Assembly (NCBI GenBank): GCA_964057225.1
Contig: OZ059896.1
Location: 10,416,001 to 10,480,000, forward strand
Source: Auanema rhodensis
Taxonomy: Eukaryota > Animalia > Nematoda
Length of the DNA: 64,000 bases
Direction: 5' to 3'
Numbering within the stretch: position 1 is the stretch's first letter; every line of letters begins with the position of its first letter. A program made the position numbers and the translations under genes. A model generated the notes under the pieces. The model saw only the letters and a program-made list of their open reading frames with translations, did not search any database and was not told the origin of the DNA. Positions 39,901-54,025 of the stretch are shown here, piece after piece.

Positions 39901-42030
39901 TAGTGAATCACCATTTGAATATTTACAACTAGTACAACGATTAGCCAATTACGGAAAAAGTGTATTTGATGTTCATAATCGAGTACCTTTTCTGGAACCG
40001 TTTGCCATTACATCCGAAAGCATTTGTAAGTTTGTTGTTTATTTCAAGTTATCTATTTATTTTTTTCAGTGTTTGCTATTGATAATTTGGATTTCGATAA
40101 CATTGTCCCCAAATTTAACAACTTTTTGGATGAGCGCAATAGTGAATTTCCAAGAATTTCAATTGAAGCTCGTCACTCGGATAAAGTGAGTATTCGTTTT
40201 CTAAAAGTAAAATAGATATTATTTATAAATTTTTTTTAGATTTACTTTACAATACTTCCAAAACCACGATGTGTTCGTTGTGAAAATCCAATTGTAATAG
40301 TATATGCTAATACAACAAGTAAAATTCGAGTAGAATTTCCTTTAACAGAAGAAAATGGTTGGAAATATCCAGAATGCGTTCGTTTACATGTGAGTAATAA
40401 TTCTTAATTTATATTAATGAATTTAATATATTTGAAGGAAAAAACACACAGTTCTTGGTCAACAGATAGTGTTAGCTTAGTCGGATTAAACCTAAGCCAT
40501 GTAGTTTGTGAATATTCGAAACAAGGAATATATACATTACTTGTTAAAAATAATAAAGGAGCTTATGTAAGTGAAATACTTATTCTTTATAAGGTATAAT
40601 CAACTAATTTCAGCTTCGATTAGCTCATTCTGATAACATCAGTTCACCAGTATTAGGTGTTATATCATTATTGCTTCTTATATTTGCATTTATATGTACA
40701 ATCATACGTAAGAATATACGAACTCAACTAATACGTTTGGGATTCATTATATTCTTTGCAATAAATGCAATAAATATCTATTTCGTTCATAAAGTATCAA
40801 TCAATCAGGTAAATATATTTCAATTTATATATTTTAATTTTATTCTTTCTTCAGGTTTTCTGCCCTGTGCGAAATGCTGTTTTATCTTTTACAACATCTT
40901 CGCCATTTGCTTGGCTTTTCCTCTATTCTTTACATTTGTACAGAATGTTAGCTGATGGTAATCCAAAATCAAGGTATTTCATTTATAATATTATTACTTA
41001 TATGATGTTTTTTTTTCAGTATGACAGTATGTCTGCTACTCGGACTTGTTCTACCATGTCTTCTCTCATGTGGATCATTCCTATTTGCAGCTCAATGTTC
41101 ATTTATGCCATCAGAATGGCTATTCTATTTACTTTTGATACCAATTGTTATGTTCTTATTGGTATATAATTCATTTTCTTTAATTTATTTATGAAAATTC
41201 TTCATTTCAGTTATCGTTCTATGCTTCTGCGACATCTTTCTTAGTTTCAATGAACAAACAATATGATGTTGTTGTGGTTAAATTCAGCCTACGAAAAGCT
41301 CTATTCCAACATTTTATTTTGGTAATTTTATAATTATATATTTTCTATTTTTGTTTATATTTTTCTTATTTCAGTCATCGTTAACATTATTCCATACCGG
41401 ATTATCATTATTCTTACCGCAAATGTCAATAGCATCACCAATTCAGGAACTTATTTGTAACATTGTTCTTGTTGTTGTATGCTTATACATCCTTATCTGG
41501 AGTTTTTCACCGTCAGGGGTGAGTGCTTGATCTATTCTTTACTATCTTCTATGTTTTGGCTTCAAGAACATGCAAAATTATTTTTAGAAGACAGCTGCAG
41601 CAAATGATATGTGGCTTGAAGATCCACAAAAAAATGGCTTAATCGACTCAACATGTGGACCTGATATTCATTCTCCTTTACTCACTACTCACGATCGTGT
41701 CGATATTCATAATCAAACCATGATCGCGGACTGGATGCCAGATGTGATTCCTGTTGATCCATATTTAACATCGACACCTATAGCCAATAACCGAACCGTC
41801 GCAAGCTCAGAGTACAGTACCCCTCTTCCTCGATTAGATAATCCTCTAGCTAACACGATTCTATCACCAGCAGATCGTATCCTCAGCGAAAGTATGTTTT
41901 TTTCTCTAAAATATTATTAAACATAGTAATGTATTTAGGTAAATTCCGTTGCGAAGAAGATGATGTGGATGCAGCATACTATACTTATACTATACAACGT
42001 CGACGTCAGAATACAACATTTAGTAAATAA
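23750..42030 (+). CDS. fmi-1: Flamingo/CELSR atypical cadherin adhesion GPCR
   Basis: Signal peptide, RRVKR basic site, cadherin repeats (LDRE, DVNDNxP), EGF and laminin-G domains, laminin-EGF, HormR (GIQWPTT), GPS-like segment, 7TM exons; C-terminus DAAYYTYT...TTFSK with TAA at 42028-42030. Confidence 0.97.
24863..24918. repeat. (CTAT)n/(CT)n microsatellite in fmi-1 intron
   Basis: Directly visible. Confidence 0.85.
30130..30156. repeat. (TG)n microsatellite in fmi-1 intron
   Basis: Directly visible. Confidence 0.8.
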
Positions 42031-43531
42031 TATGACATTCCAACATATTCTCTTCTTTAGATCTTGAATTTATTAATTTTTATACGAGTTCAATATATTT
42101 CTTTCGAAGTTTTATTTTTCAAGACTATAAAAATCTTTTTATATTTTAGTTAAAAAAAGAAAAAACCATCCATATAGATAATTAAATTTTCTTTATTACC
42201 TCGTATTGAAGACTGGTGCTATACATATTGTATAATTAATTAAATGTTATTGATTGTATTTAAATAATTTAATTTGTTTTCATTTTTGTTCTGCTGAGAT
42301 TCTCTAGTCAATGATCTTAACATTATCATTTTCTTTCCTTGTTTTCTCATATCCAAATTATATTTATATGTTCACTTTGTATATTTTTTATTGTTTAAAT
42401 AAAATAATTTGTAATAATATATTCACAAATAAATTTATAATCATATTTAAGCAGTTGCATAATAAATATAATAGTTATGCGTCACGTGAACAACGGCCTG
42501 TAATCATTTAATCTATTTGCATATCATCAAAACGGTTGTTCCATCCTTTAGCTCTTTTTGCTTTTTTACATTTTCTCTTGTTTAGTTAAAGTTTTTTTTT
42601 CCTTTTAATATTATTAGTATTTAATTAGATATTGAATTTCTATATATATTCTCTTTTAAATTATATAAGCCTATTATTCTTTTTTTTTCCGTTTGATGTC
42701 AATTAGTTTTAATTAGTTTTAATAATTCCATTTTTCTTTTTTTTTATTCTTAATAGACTTATATTTCTTTTCATTGAATAGTGGGCTTCGAATTGTTTCA
42801 CTTGCTGTTCAAACCTTTGTAACTTACTTACATTTAGAGATTTTCTACCAAAAGAAGCTATACAATCAACTGTCCATCTGAAAAATTTGTTTGCACGGAA
42901 GTCAATTTGAAAAGGAAGCATCAACGAGAGAAAAACAAACGTTGTCCGAATAACTCCTCCCCTTCTTCTCTCGCCTATGTCATTTACAAACGGAGATAAA
43001 GCTTTGGTTTTCGTTTTATATTTTAAACTTTTATTCGATTATAAGGCCTTTTTACTCCATGATTTAAATGCCATTTCTTTTTAAATCAAACAATTTTTTT
43101 ATAAAAAAATATCATTATATGCTGCAAAAGAAATTACTTCTACCAAAATGGCCAGTTTATGTATCCTAGTCAATCCCATCAGATTTGAAAAGAAAAAAAC
43201 AAATAGAATTTACTAAAGCATTTCCAATTTTGAAAATGGATCTTTAAAATACTTTCATGTACATTTACAGTTCTTCCCAATCCTTGCCCACTCTACGCTC
43301 TCATTTTCGTTTTCAATTGAGTTGACGTCCGGCAAACAAACGCAGCACGAACTGACCGTGTTCTTACATTTTCACATTTTTTATTGCAATTCAGACAAGA
43401 ATAGTTAATTCTGTTAGCTTTACAAAGAAAATATTGAAGTTTCAGAACTAGACTGTCCCTATGTTCATATATTTGAAACTATATTTGTATTTTGTTTTAT
43501 TCTACACATTAATTGACAAAATTATTTAGAA

Positions 43532-43888
43532 ATGGACACAGCTGAGCTGGTTACTCCTTCACCATTTTTTGTAGCTTCTGTTGATTATTCTGTAGCAATC
43601 GTTCTATTTCTTGGATGTTTATCTCTTATTTTAACTCTTATACATCTAATACAATCAACATTGATAAGGCCGGTAGAAGATATTGAAAAAGGTAAGTTAA
43701 TAAAAATGTTTCGAAATTCTTAAATAAATAAATCTAAAAACACGAATAAAGGGTCAAAAATGTGATTAAAGGACAATTATCTTCTTACAGGCTTAAAACC
43801 ACGAATTCCTCTCCCACCTTCTGAAGGATATGTTACATACAAGTATCAACAAACAGAAGATAAAACAAAAACTTTCCGTTTTCACTAA
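43532..43888 (+). CDS. 85-aa single-pass membrane microprotein (2 exons), unknown function
   Basis: Acceptor tttag|aaATG; exon 1 43532-43691; gtaagt...ttacag intron; exon 2 43791-43888 in phase. One hydrophobic helix (VAIVLFLGCLSLILTLIHLI) and a PRIPLPP tail. Confidence 0.7.
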
Positions 43889-44411
43889 GAATTTTTCAGC
43901 TATTTACTATTGAAAAAGCTATTTAGTCGAAATATGTTTCTTATTTTTTCTATTTCACGGGTTAGAATTTAAAAAAAACCAATATATCAATAATTCTATG
44001 CTATAACGATTATATGAATATATATTGCTTTTGTTTCTTTTTTCAAAAAGGAGAAAACTTCTAATCAATTCGCAAAAAAGCATGTTAATATATTTTTAAA
44101 TAAAATTGTAATTTCTTAACCGCTTTCAATACTTATTCAATATTTTTATTTTTTATAAAAAATTACTTTGCAACAACTTATCTTGTTTTTATTTTTGCGA
44201 TTGATCCGTATTAAAATAGAATAATATGCATATAGATTTGAGAAAAGCTAAACTTGCGATCATCGTTCCTGTTGTACGCTCCGGTTGTCAATAATATTGT
44301 CTGTTTATCCTAAAATGGTGCTACTGGATATCTTTATCAATTCAATAAATTTGAATAAGAGTTCATAGATGTATTGTACTGAGGATTTATTTTTATAATC
44401 AAAACTTTAAA

Positions 44412-45195
44412 TTAAGAAAAACAGTTCAATATTTTATAGCAAATGGCTCGCCTATAAATAATAATTTCACTCATTAGTATATGAACAAAAAAAACCTTTC
44501 TCCGTTTGTTTTTTTATCCAGTAAAGAAGCAATTAAAGAACTAAATATATCAGTTGGTATTTCTTTATTGCTAGAAAGAATCATCTGAATACTTTTAATG
44601 TTTTCTTCATATTGATCGCCATCCTAAATAAATACTAATTTGTTATAACTATTAAAATACTTACTACAGTGCAAGCTTTAAACTCACGATAAGGTATTCG
44701 GGGCGTATTCATCTGAGGAAAATTTCGAATACTTTTCTGAATATAAAATTTTAATGTTATTTTATTTACCTAGTAACACCATATCATATAATAAGAAAGA
44801 TAGCTTCGTATCAATGTTAGCTTCTATTGCAACATTTGAAGGTAAAGGTATGACATTTGATCCATCTTTTCTAGAATTTTTTGAACAAATTGATAAAACA
44901 AATAAGTAGTTCGTACTGTTTATAACCAACATAAACCATTCCGGGAGTATCTTCGATACCTTTGTGAATTCTAAATTTTACATCATTGAGCATATCAGGA
45001 GATGGGGGTAGGTAAGACTGTTTGCTATTTCGTCCATCAACTATATCTACAGTGGATAAGAAAATTATACAAAATTAAACCTGAATCAGAACAAGGCCGT
45101 TTTCGACTGACTTCCTCTCTGGGTGGTTCGAAAACTTTTACATCCTGTGTATATGATGGAGAGGAATCATCGATTTGTAAGTTGAATTCAGACAT
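44412..45195 (-). CDS. Multi-exon protein of unknown function (about 200 aa; 3' end uncertain)
   Basis: ATG follows gttag|agat. In-phase exons MSEFNLQIDD...RKRPCSDS|DIVDG...VGYKQ|KDGS...YDM|KSIRN...CTV|DGDQY...NGER|RAICYK are joined by about 45-nt GT-AG introns. Further exons to about 44200-44300 are possible. Confidence 0.65.
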
Positions 45196-45381
45196 ATCTC
45201 TAACATAATTGAGAGATATCAATATTATAAATAGAATTTTCAAATAATATTCATAAGATATTAACTTAATACAGAAAATTTGAAACAAACAAGAAATATA
45301 AAATATTTAATATTTACATCATTTATAAAAAATTTTCATATTCTCATTGCTATCAGACAACTTATTTTCTATATTTGTTAA

Positions 45382-47282
45382 TTACAGCAAATAATGGACT
45401 TTTTCATTAGTAACAATATTCCTTTCATTTATATACAATTCACTGTTGCTGTCTACTTTGTTCAACAAATATCTATAACTTATAAGGTGATTTATAATCC
45501 TTTAAAATGTTTTACCTATAATTAACCATAATTCCAAAACTATTTGTCAAACCTCGTGCGCTAGTATCACCTAACCAGTTCAAACGATATAACTCAGCTC
45601 CATTACGTAAATGGAAATTAGCTTGAAGAGAATACATTTTTCGAGAAAAAAAATACACTCATACCAACAGGATTTAAAGCATATCCGTTTCTCTTAGCAT
45701 TACACAAATACCGAGCGCATGCAGACAACAAAACTTCTTTAAGCGGAATAATTTCAGATACGGAAAGAGATTTTTTAGATAAAGTCTGAAAACAAAAATC
45801 ATCTTAAATAATACTTTACTACAAACCTGAAGTAAAAACCTTCGAGTTAATTCTTTATCCAGTGCTTTTCCGCTTAATTTACTAACACTAGCAATGGTGT
45901 TTCCATCGATTATGTCATCTGGGATGAAAAATATATGTGACAACTCTTTTACAACTTACCAAATTCGGAATTTCCATGTAAGGTTCGCAGGTACCAATTT
46001 CGAAAACCAGGAATCGGTGATAACGTGGAGTGCTGATTAATGCTCGATACTTCTTGTTCAATTCTTTTCGCAACTTGTTTAATCAATAAATTTCCCAAGT
46101 CGATGCCAGCTAATCCTGAACCATTATGAAACAATGAACAAGAATTTTTTTAATTTTTATTACCTTTTTGCGGTGAGGTGATTGAATAGTAAATAGCAGT
46201 AGATTGATCATTTTCCGAGCTCTGAATGCAGGAACCATCCATAATTTTCTATGATTATAAGTTAGCTAAGATGATGTTTTATGTAATTACCTGGACATTG
46301 TCAGCAATAAAGGACATCAAGGCAACATGAACCATTACTAGAGGTTCTCTTGGTAGTGCTTCATGGGTGAAGTAGAAACAACTGAAGTATTAAATAATAA
46401 ATATTGAACCTTTGAAATCGTACCGTCGATGTGATCCTAAACGGGTTTGAAAATCCACTAAGCCTCGTACAGGGTGCACAGCTTCATACTGCGCTATCTG
46501 AAATGTAACATAACATAATCGAACTAGTAATAGATCGATTACCTTATGAATAATATCACCAGGACTTTCCCATGTTAGCCGGTTGAGCTTCAGATTTGAC
46601 AAACAAAACCAAGTTGTGAGCAAATCACGAGCCGATTCCTCCAACCGACGTAACGAAGAAACAACAGTTTTATCTTCTTCAGTTTTCATCAATGTCTAAA
46701 GAAAAATGTGTGATAAACTATAAAAATTAATAAAATTACTAAAAGTTTAGCTCTCATATCACAGACTGTTTTTATACCCTCGGGTAAGTTTCCAATATGT
46801 CTCAACAGAAAGTGATGAATAGGTCGTGCGGCAGAATAAATTTCATGAGCCATTTGTTTATTCTTCAAACAATTAATTAATAATCTCATCATGACCAATA
46901 TTGTATACTTTCCCGTACAAAGACAGAGCAGATTCCAACGCATCTGTTCGAACACCACAATTAGAGGCTAAAGAAAGCAGAACAGCTTTTTTTTGATGTT
47001 CATTTTCTTCATATAACTTCAAGACTTTCTTACTACTATCCTAGAACGTTATAAAAATAGAACTGCCAAATAAAGTATATTTACTATAAAGCTATGTTGC
47101 GATGACTTGTTCGTTAGGGAAGATAACTGATCATCTATTCCCAGCACGTCATTACCGAAAGCTCGCATTCCTACAGAATTCTGAAGGACGCTTTTATTAA
47201 AGCACTCTTATACTAATTTTAATTTTTTTAATGTTACCTTCCGCCATCTTAATAAAGTATTTCTCCATAAACTCAACTGCAT
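45382..47282 (-). CDS. mlcd-1: Malonyl-CoA decarboxylase, mitochondrial
   Basis: Arg-rich presequence [15 protein letters not shown]; [79 protein letters not shown]. Confidence 0.96.
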
Positions 47283-47978
47283 GGGTAGAATTTCCTATAA
47301 TATTTATAAATAATATATTCTATAGCTACTAAAGCGAAACGTTAATCGATTGTATTCAAACGACCTATTTATAATTTCATTAATTCTTCATTCACCAAGA
47401 GCTTAATACTTATAACTTTACACTATATCCTATATCTTAATCAATCGTTTAATTTTCAAAAGTTTTAAGTTGAAGCGATATTAAAAGCTTGTAAAACAAA
47501 CAATTAAATACAATTTATTTATTTTCTTTAAATATTTTAGCATACTGTAGGATAAATGGAAGTTTTAGGAAAATAAACAACATAACGTATATATTTTAAT
47601 TTGGACGAGGATCTTTCTGTTTGCTCTTTTGCTCCATTCCTAATCTTTTCAATGATTACTTCCGTTTTTTTTATGTAATGTGACCAATTTTCTCAATAAT
47701 CTTGGAAAGCACATTATTCCGCATGAGCTTTGTTTCTTATCTTATTCTAGATAATGTGTAAAACTTGCACTCTTGAGAAAAAAAAGATATATTGATCATT
47801 AATTTCTTGCTAAAGCTGGGTTTGCTTGCACTATTCCCTTTCCTTTATTTTTCGAAATTAAGAATTTTTTGATTCAAATTGAGATTTCTTCATATCAAAA
47901 AATTCTGTTGATATATACGGATGTATTTTTACTTTGTTATGTATTATTTCCTTTTTTCAATTACAAGAATTCAGAACA

Positions 47979-49558
47979 ATGGTCATGTCTACTCCATCTA
48001 AGTGGCTTTGCCAATCTGTGCCACACATGGTTGCTCAAAGAGCTTTATATAGTGGAGCAGCTGCTAAGCCTGATATGATCCGTTTTCGTTCACCGGTGAT
48101 GAGCAACAGAAAGGTATTGAATAGCATAAAATATATATTAATTATAAAGTTAAGGCTCCTCTTGCTCGTTATGGAGGACGCCACAACGTTGCTGTTCTTC
48201 CTGGAGATGGTATTGGTCCTGAAATGTGCGCTCATGTTGAAAACATTTTCCGCGTAGCTCAGGTAAAACATTCTTAATTTTGGCTAATTTGGCAAACATA
48301 ACATTACAGGTCCCAGTCGACTTTGAAGTCGTTAATCTTACTTCTAAAAATACCTCTGAGGAAGAATTGAACCAAGCTATCACTATTATCAAGCGAAATG
48401 GTGTAGCTCTCAAGGCAATAGTTTTGAGCTTGAGACTAAATAACCAAAACAATGTTTTAGGGAAATATTGAAAATAAATTCGATGATCCACAATTCAAGT
48501 CTTGTAACATGGAACTTCGTCGTAATCTTGATTTATTCGCCAATGTTTTGCATTGTGCTACTATTCCAACTATTCCCAGCCGTCATAAGGTTATTTTTAT
48601 AGACAATAAAAAAAAAATATGCAAATTGTAGGATATTGACATGATTATTATCAGAGAGAATACTGAAGGAGAATATTCTGGACTTGAACATACTGCGACA
48701 CCCGGAGTTGTTGAAAGCTTAAAGGTATCTTGATATATCGTACAAAATCTTATTTCTTTCATGCTTAGATTGTTACTCAGCAAAAAATTGAAAGAATATC
48801 ACGATTTGCATTCCAATACGCTGTTAGATACGGTAGGAAAAAAGTTACTGCTGTACACAAAGCTAATATTCAAAAGCTTGGTGATGGTCTCTTCTTGAAG
48901 GTTACTATTTACTAATAACTTTTGTCCTAATTTTTGAAATTCAGGTGTGCAAAGAAATCGCTGCTACTGATTATCCTGAAATTAAATTTGAATCCATGAT
49001 CGTTGATAATGCTTCTATGCAATTGGTGAGATCAAAAACTGAAATTAAGTACAATGCTTGTTAAGGTTTCTCGTCCTCAACAATTCGATATCATGTTGAT
49101 GCCAAACTTGTATGGAAACATTATTTCTAACATTGCTTGTGGTCTTGTAGGAGGACCTGGATTGGTATCTGGAATGAATTTCGGAACTGATTATGCTGTT
49201 TTTGAAACTGTATCCTTGTTGTTCCTAATTGATTGTATATGTAAAATTTTAGGGTACTCGTAACACTGGAACTGCCTTAGCTGGAAAGGATATCGCTAAC
49301 CCAACAGCATTCATTCGTGCAGCAGTTGATATGCTCAGATATCTCGGTCTTGATGAGCACGCTAACCTTATTTCTGATGGCTTGTTCCACGCTTTAGTTG
49401 AAAGAAGAATCCATACCCGTGATATTGGAGGAGAAGCCATGGTACTATTTTAAAAAAAAAAAAATTTATGTTATTATGGTTTTCAGGCTACTCAATTAGT
49501 TGGAGCATTGTCCGAGTTCATTCATGAAGAAATTGAAAAAAAGAAATGGCATGTCTAA
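47979..49558 (+). CDS. idhg-1: NAD-dependent isocitrate dehydrogenase gamma subunit
   Basis: [74 protein letters not shown]; stop at 49556-49558. Confidence 0.95.
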
Positions 49559-51590
49559 TTAGATCTCTAGATTGACTTCATGTTTTCTAATACATAGCTT
49601 AGCACGTTTAGCTCTTCATAATCCTGTTATCTGAGTGTCGCTTACTTTACATAAATACTTTAAAATTTAGTGGTAACCACTAATGATCTGTCTTCAACAT
49701 AGTTTGGAGTTGAACCTAATATGTTTTAGATTTACGGATTATTGTCAGTAATGGAACAATATCTGTAATATAGGTCAACTAATGTTGTTTTAGAAATAGT
49801 TAGCAATTTTCTGAGTGTTTCTTTCATAATACAGTTGTGTTCTCACATCGTTCCTTCCCGAAGTTGATGACTTTTTCTTCTACTGACCCTATATCGAAAT
49901 TTATCTTTATTTTATGTGTGATGCTATTTACACTTTCCGTGTAGGTGTTAGAATACTTAGATATGCTTAATGAAGTTGATTTTCTTATTTTGAGTTTCAT
50001 TATTTCTGTTTAGCGTGCTATTTGTAGTTCAATTATTCATAAGTTTAAAGAATCATCATTGAGAACTGTCAAATCAATCTTATGATGTGTCTGTCCATTT
50101 GTTCTTTTGAGAAATTGGGGCTGTAGCCACGTGACTATGAAAACATGATATCATACATCAGCATACAATCAGAAAAGTTGCTTTTCTGGTCAGTTGTGTA
50201 GTTTATTATTTACAGTATTAACTATAAGTAGACGTTTTTATAGGTATATATGTTATTCAGGCAATGTTATGCAGTAATGTACAAAAGTATGAATCACCGA
50301 TGTAGTTTGCAATATTGTAGGGCATTCCAAAATAAAATATAAACTTCAGGTTGGAGAAAAGCTAAGTTTCAGCAACAGTAAGGATCATACGATTTATTTC
50401 CTGAATAAAAAAAGTCAATCTATGATTTGCGCTTACACACACTCAGTAACTAACATTTATTTTCTTTTGCATGGTGAAATAGGTCTTCGAACTATGGCCT
50501 CAGTAATTGAAGGAATAGAGGACGCAGGTTGAGAAACTTGTTTGAATACCACGTGGTGATCTCTTCTGATAGTGTCGTTTGTATGTCAACGAAATGTCCA
50601 CTACTAATCACTTCTACGTGCGATTTATTTCTCATTAAACCTTTTTAACTTATTTCCATTCATTCATTTCTCTCTGTTTTCTGTCTGTTTCTCTCTCTCT
50701 CTCTCTCTCACTTTCTCTCTATTTCATCCTTTGGTACTCTCTCTCTCATCTTGTCACCTCTTCCTATCGGTCTTAGTAACTTAATTTTGACTTGATAATG
50801 CCCAGAGTCGGTGTATAAGTTCGAAGTGATTATGTTGTCAGATCAGTGTTCATACGCATGACGTACAGAGATTCAAACATCATAATTCTCAAGATTCTAT
50901 TTTCATTTCCCATGTTCACCAGTTCTATTCTATTATGATTAGCCGTCAATTAAATACCATGTCGAAGACTTACAAAGTAAGACAATTCTATAACTTATGA
51001 ATAAGCCACTTTTGAAGTTCGATGTCAGTTGATCTTATCATTTTTTTATCAAATCAAAGATGGTCTCATCGTTAAAATTATTAAATAATTGTGCAAATCT
51101 TCCAAAATTTCAAAATAATTGCAAAGAAATCTTTATTAGATAAGTAAAAATTCTCAAATAAATAAAAAAAATGTTCTGAGTATTGGAATTAAAAGAATAT
51201 ATGTTGGATACATTAAAAACACCGACAGCGGGATCACAAAGTTATCAGACCATGTTAGCAGAAGAAGAGATATTAAATATAATAAGAGATTTACAGTATA
51301 TGGAAAGAGAGCTTAACAGAACCAGACTCTGCTGGGCATGAGACCATTTAAATCAATGGAATTGTTTCAAAAATGTTGAAAGCCTTTCCATATATGGTTT
51401 ACAAACTTGAATTGTCCTGGCAAATTTTGCATTTACAACCTGATAGACATGTTCAAAGCTTCCAGACGAAATGCCACAAAGATGTGTGAGCGATTCCGCC
51501 AGAATCATTGGACATTGTCATAGCATACATATAAGAATGTCTCGAGCTACTTTCAAATGCTAAGTGTTTTAAGGAAATATCAATTTATGC

Positions 51591-54025
51591 CTATATTTCT
51601 GTTTCTGAACTAGAAATATCACATCCTTCATCGGATGAGTCCATTTCAGCTGTACCATTAGCAAGAAGCTTGGCACAGAAGCTTTGGATACGTTTAGCTG
51701 CGTCCATCATGACATCTTCGGGATAAGTGATAACCAAACGAATCCAGCCAGGTGAAGAAAATGCTCCTCCTGGCAAAACAATCAAGGATTCTTCCTGAAG
51801 AAGGAGATTGTTATGAATGACGTATGAATATTGCGAGAAAACAAATTCTATTTGTAAGACAAAGTAACTTACAATAGCTAAGTTTTGTGAGAAAACAAGA
51901 TCATCTCCATAAATAGACTTATCAATACCGACCATCAAGTACATGGCACCTTGAGGACGTAGTGTGCGAATCCCAGGTACATTCTGCAATTACAGGATAC
52001 TTTATAACTCTCAAGTTTAATGTTATTACCTTGAGAGCATTTGTTAAAATTTTGGCGTTTCTTGAGATAATGTTTCTGTTATATTCAAAGTAAGATTCTG
52101 GAGTTTCTAACAAGATCTTTGGAAGAGCTCCTTGAACAAGGGAGCAAGGACCGACAATCTTCTGTGACAAAGCAACAAGTCCTTTTTTGACATCACTAAG
52201 GACACCATGACGATTATAGACAATCAACCATCCAAGTCTCCATCCTGGAGCCATCCATCTTTTAGCAATTCCATCACAAGTCAGAATAGGAACCTAAAAA
52301 GAAATATAAGATATCATATCTTAACAAACGAAAAGATCAGTCGGGAGTGACGTCAAGGAAATAGAAAGAAGAAAGGAAGGAAAGGGACAGGTCGATGACG
52401 TCGTGTTTCAATGCACGTACCTTTGGTGACAACGAAGCCAGTGGACAGAATTCGGCTCCATCGTATACAAGGTCTCCATAAATTTCATCAGCAATTATCA
52501 CAACTTTATGACGGGCAGCAATCTTGAATTTTTTATTATAATGAAAATAAAGTAGACCTAGAGCCTACCTGCAAAATGTCTTCAAGATGTTCTTTAGGCA
52601 TTACGACACCTGTTGGGTTACCAGGGTTGTTGACAATGATAGCTTTGGTACGTTCGTCAATTAATGATTCAAGATGGTCTAAGTCGATCAAACCTCCGTT
52701 TGTCATATCAAGATGGTATGCACGGTCCTTAAATACCTCATAGTACTGCATTCGTGGATTTTTCTTCTTACCTCAATACCATGGGGACGACAAAGAGTAG
52801 AATAAAGTGGGAATCCAGGATGTGGAACAAGAATATTATCTCCATAATTGGCAATGCCTTCGATTGCCATCTGTATAGCATGAGAACATCCACTTGACAA
52901 AATAACATCATCGGCAGTAAAAGGGGCTTCAGGTACCGAGTATCGGGTAACAACAGCTTGCCTGGCAGCAAGTTCTCCAACAGCTGGACCATAGCCGTCA
53001 TGTCTACAAATGAGATTTTAATAATTTTCAGTTTTTTTCGACATTAGTACTTGTGAGATTCTAGTGTTTCACGGACAGCTTCCTCAGCAATCTTGCTCGT
53101 AGGTAAAATTCCGGAAATAGATGGGTCTCCAAGAGATAACTTAATCAAAGGCTTTGCTGGATTAGTTTCAACGTTCATAGCATCAGCAATTTTTCGGATT
53201 GGATTGACCGTATTCCGGGCATGCTCTGACTGTGAAAGCATATGCCATCCTCTTTTTTCGAATTTTGTTGATTTCTGCAAACACATTTGTTCAAGTATAA
53301 TTTGAAAAAATCAGTTTTAGATTATTTTTGGATGAAGCTGAATCATAAAATGAAAATATTGATCTTCAACTCTGTAATTATTTTATTTGCAAAACATTAT
53401 TTTTTTGTAAAATCGCCTTTCAATGCTACATTTTGATTCAATAAAAAATCTCGTTGTTCCTTTCAGACGAAGCGGTTGTTGTAATAAAAAAGAAAAAAAT
53501 GAATGAAAGATGTAGACATGGAAGGTACTGGAAGGCAAGAACAACAGGAGGAGTATTTTTGAGAACGTATGTGATTTGTTTATAAATTGGGATCATACGA
53601 GTAACGAAAGATTGATATTTAGAATTTAAAAAATGTTTTGAAAAGAACTGATAACTTTTTTGATAATATATATTGTGTTATAGTGGTGGTAATATGGAAT
53701 CTAATTTAATTTTAAACTTGAATTTTGCCTTATCATCCACAGAGGAAAATGTGAGAAATTTACTGTTTTCTAATTATTATGACTGACAGACAGGTGTAGC
53801 CGATAATACTGTAAGCACTATAGCATGGATAAGCTGTGCAAAAGCATTGAAGATAAGAAAATGCATTGAAATGAGAGGTTGTTCGTAGAAAAAAATATTT
53901 TTCTGATTATTACAGAATGTTTTAGAAATATAGAAAGAGCTCACCATGTTGTTGATAATCTTCTCGTGGCGATGAAGCTGTGTGCTTATTTGGTCTGGCG
54001 TAATTTGGTGGGCGGTAACTTCCAT
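51591..54025 (-). CDS. tatn-1: Tyrosine aminotransferase
   Basis: First exon MEVTAHQITPDQ...NNM|gtgagc; NTVNPIRKIAD, LGDPS, SGCSHA, NNPGNPTG, ADEIYGD, PLP lysine GIAKRWMAPGWRLGW; acidic C-terminal tail. Confidence 0.95.
52348..52403. promoter_or_regulatory. CRE palindrome TGACGTCA plus near-CRE TGACGTCG in a tatn-1 intron
   Basis: TGACGTCA at 52348-52355 and TGACGTCG at 52396-52403, inside an intron about three times longer than its neighbours. Confidence 0.4.
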
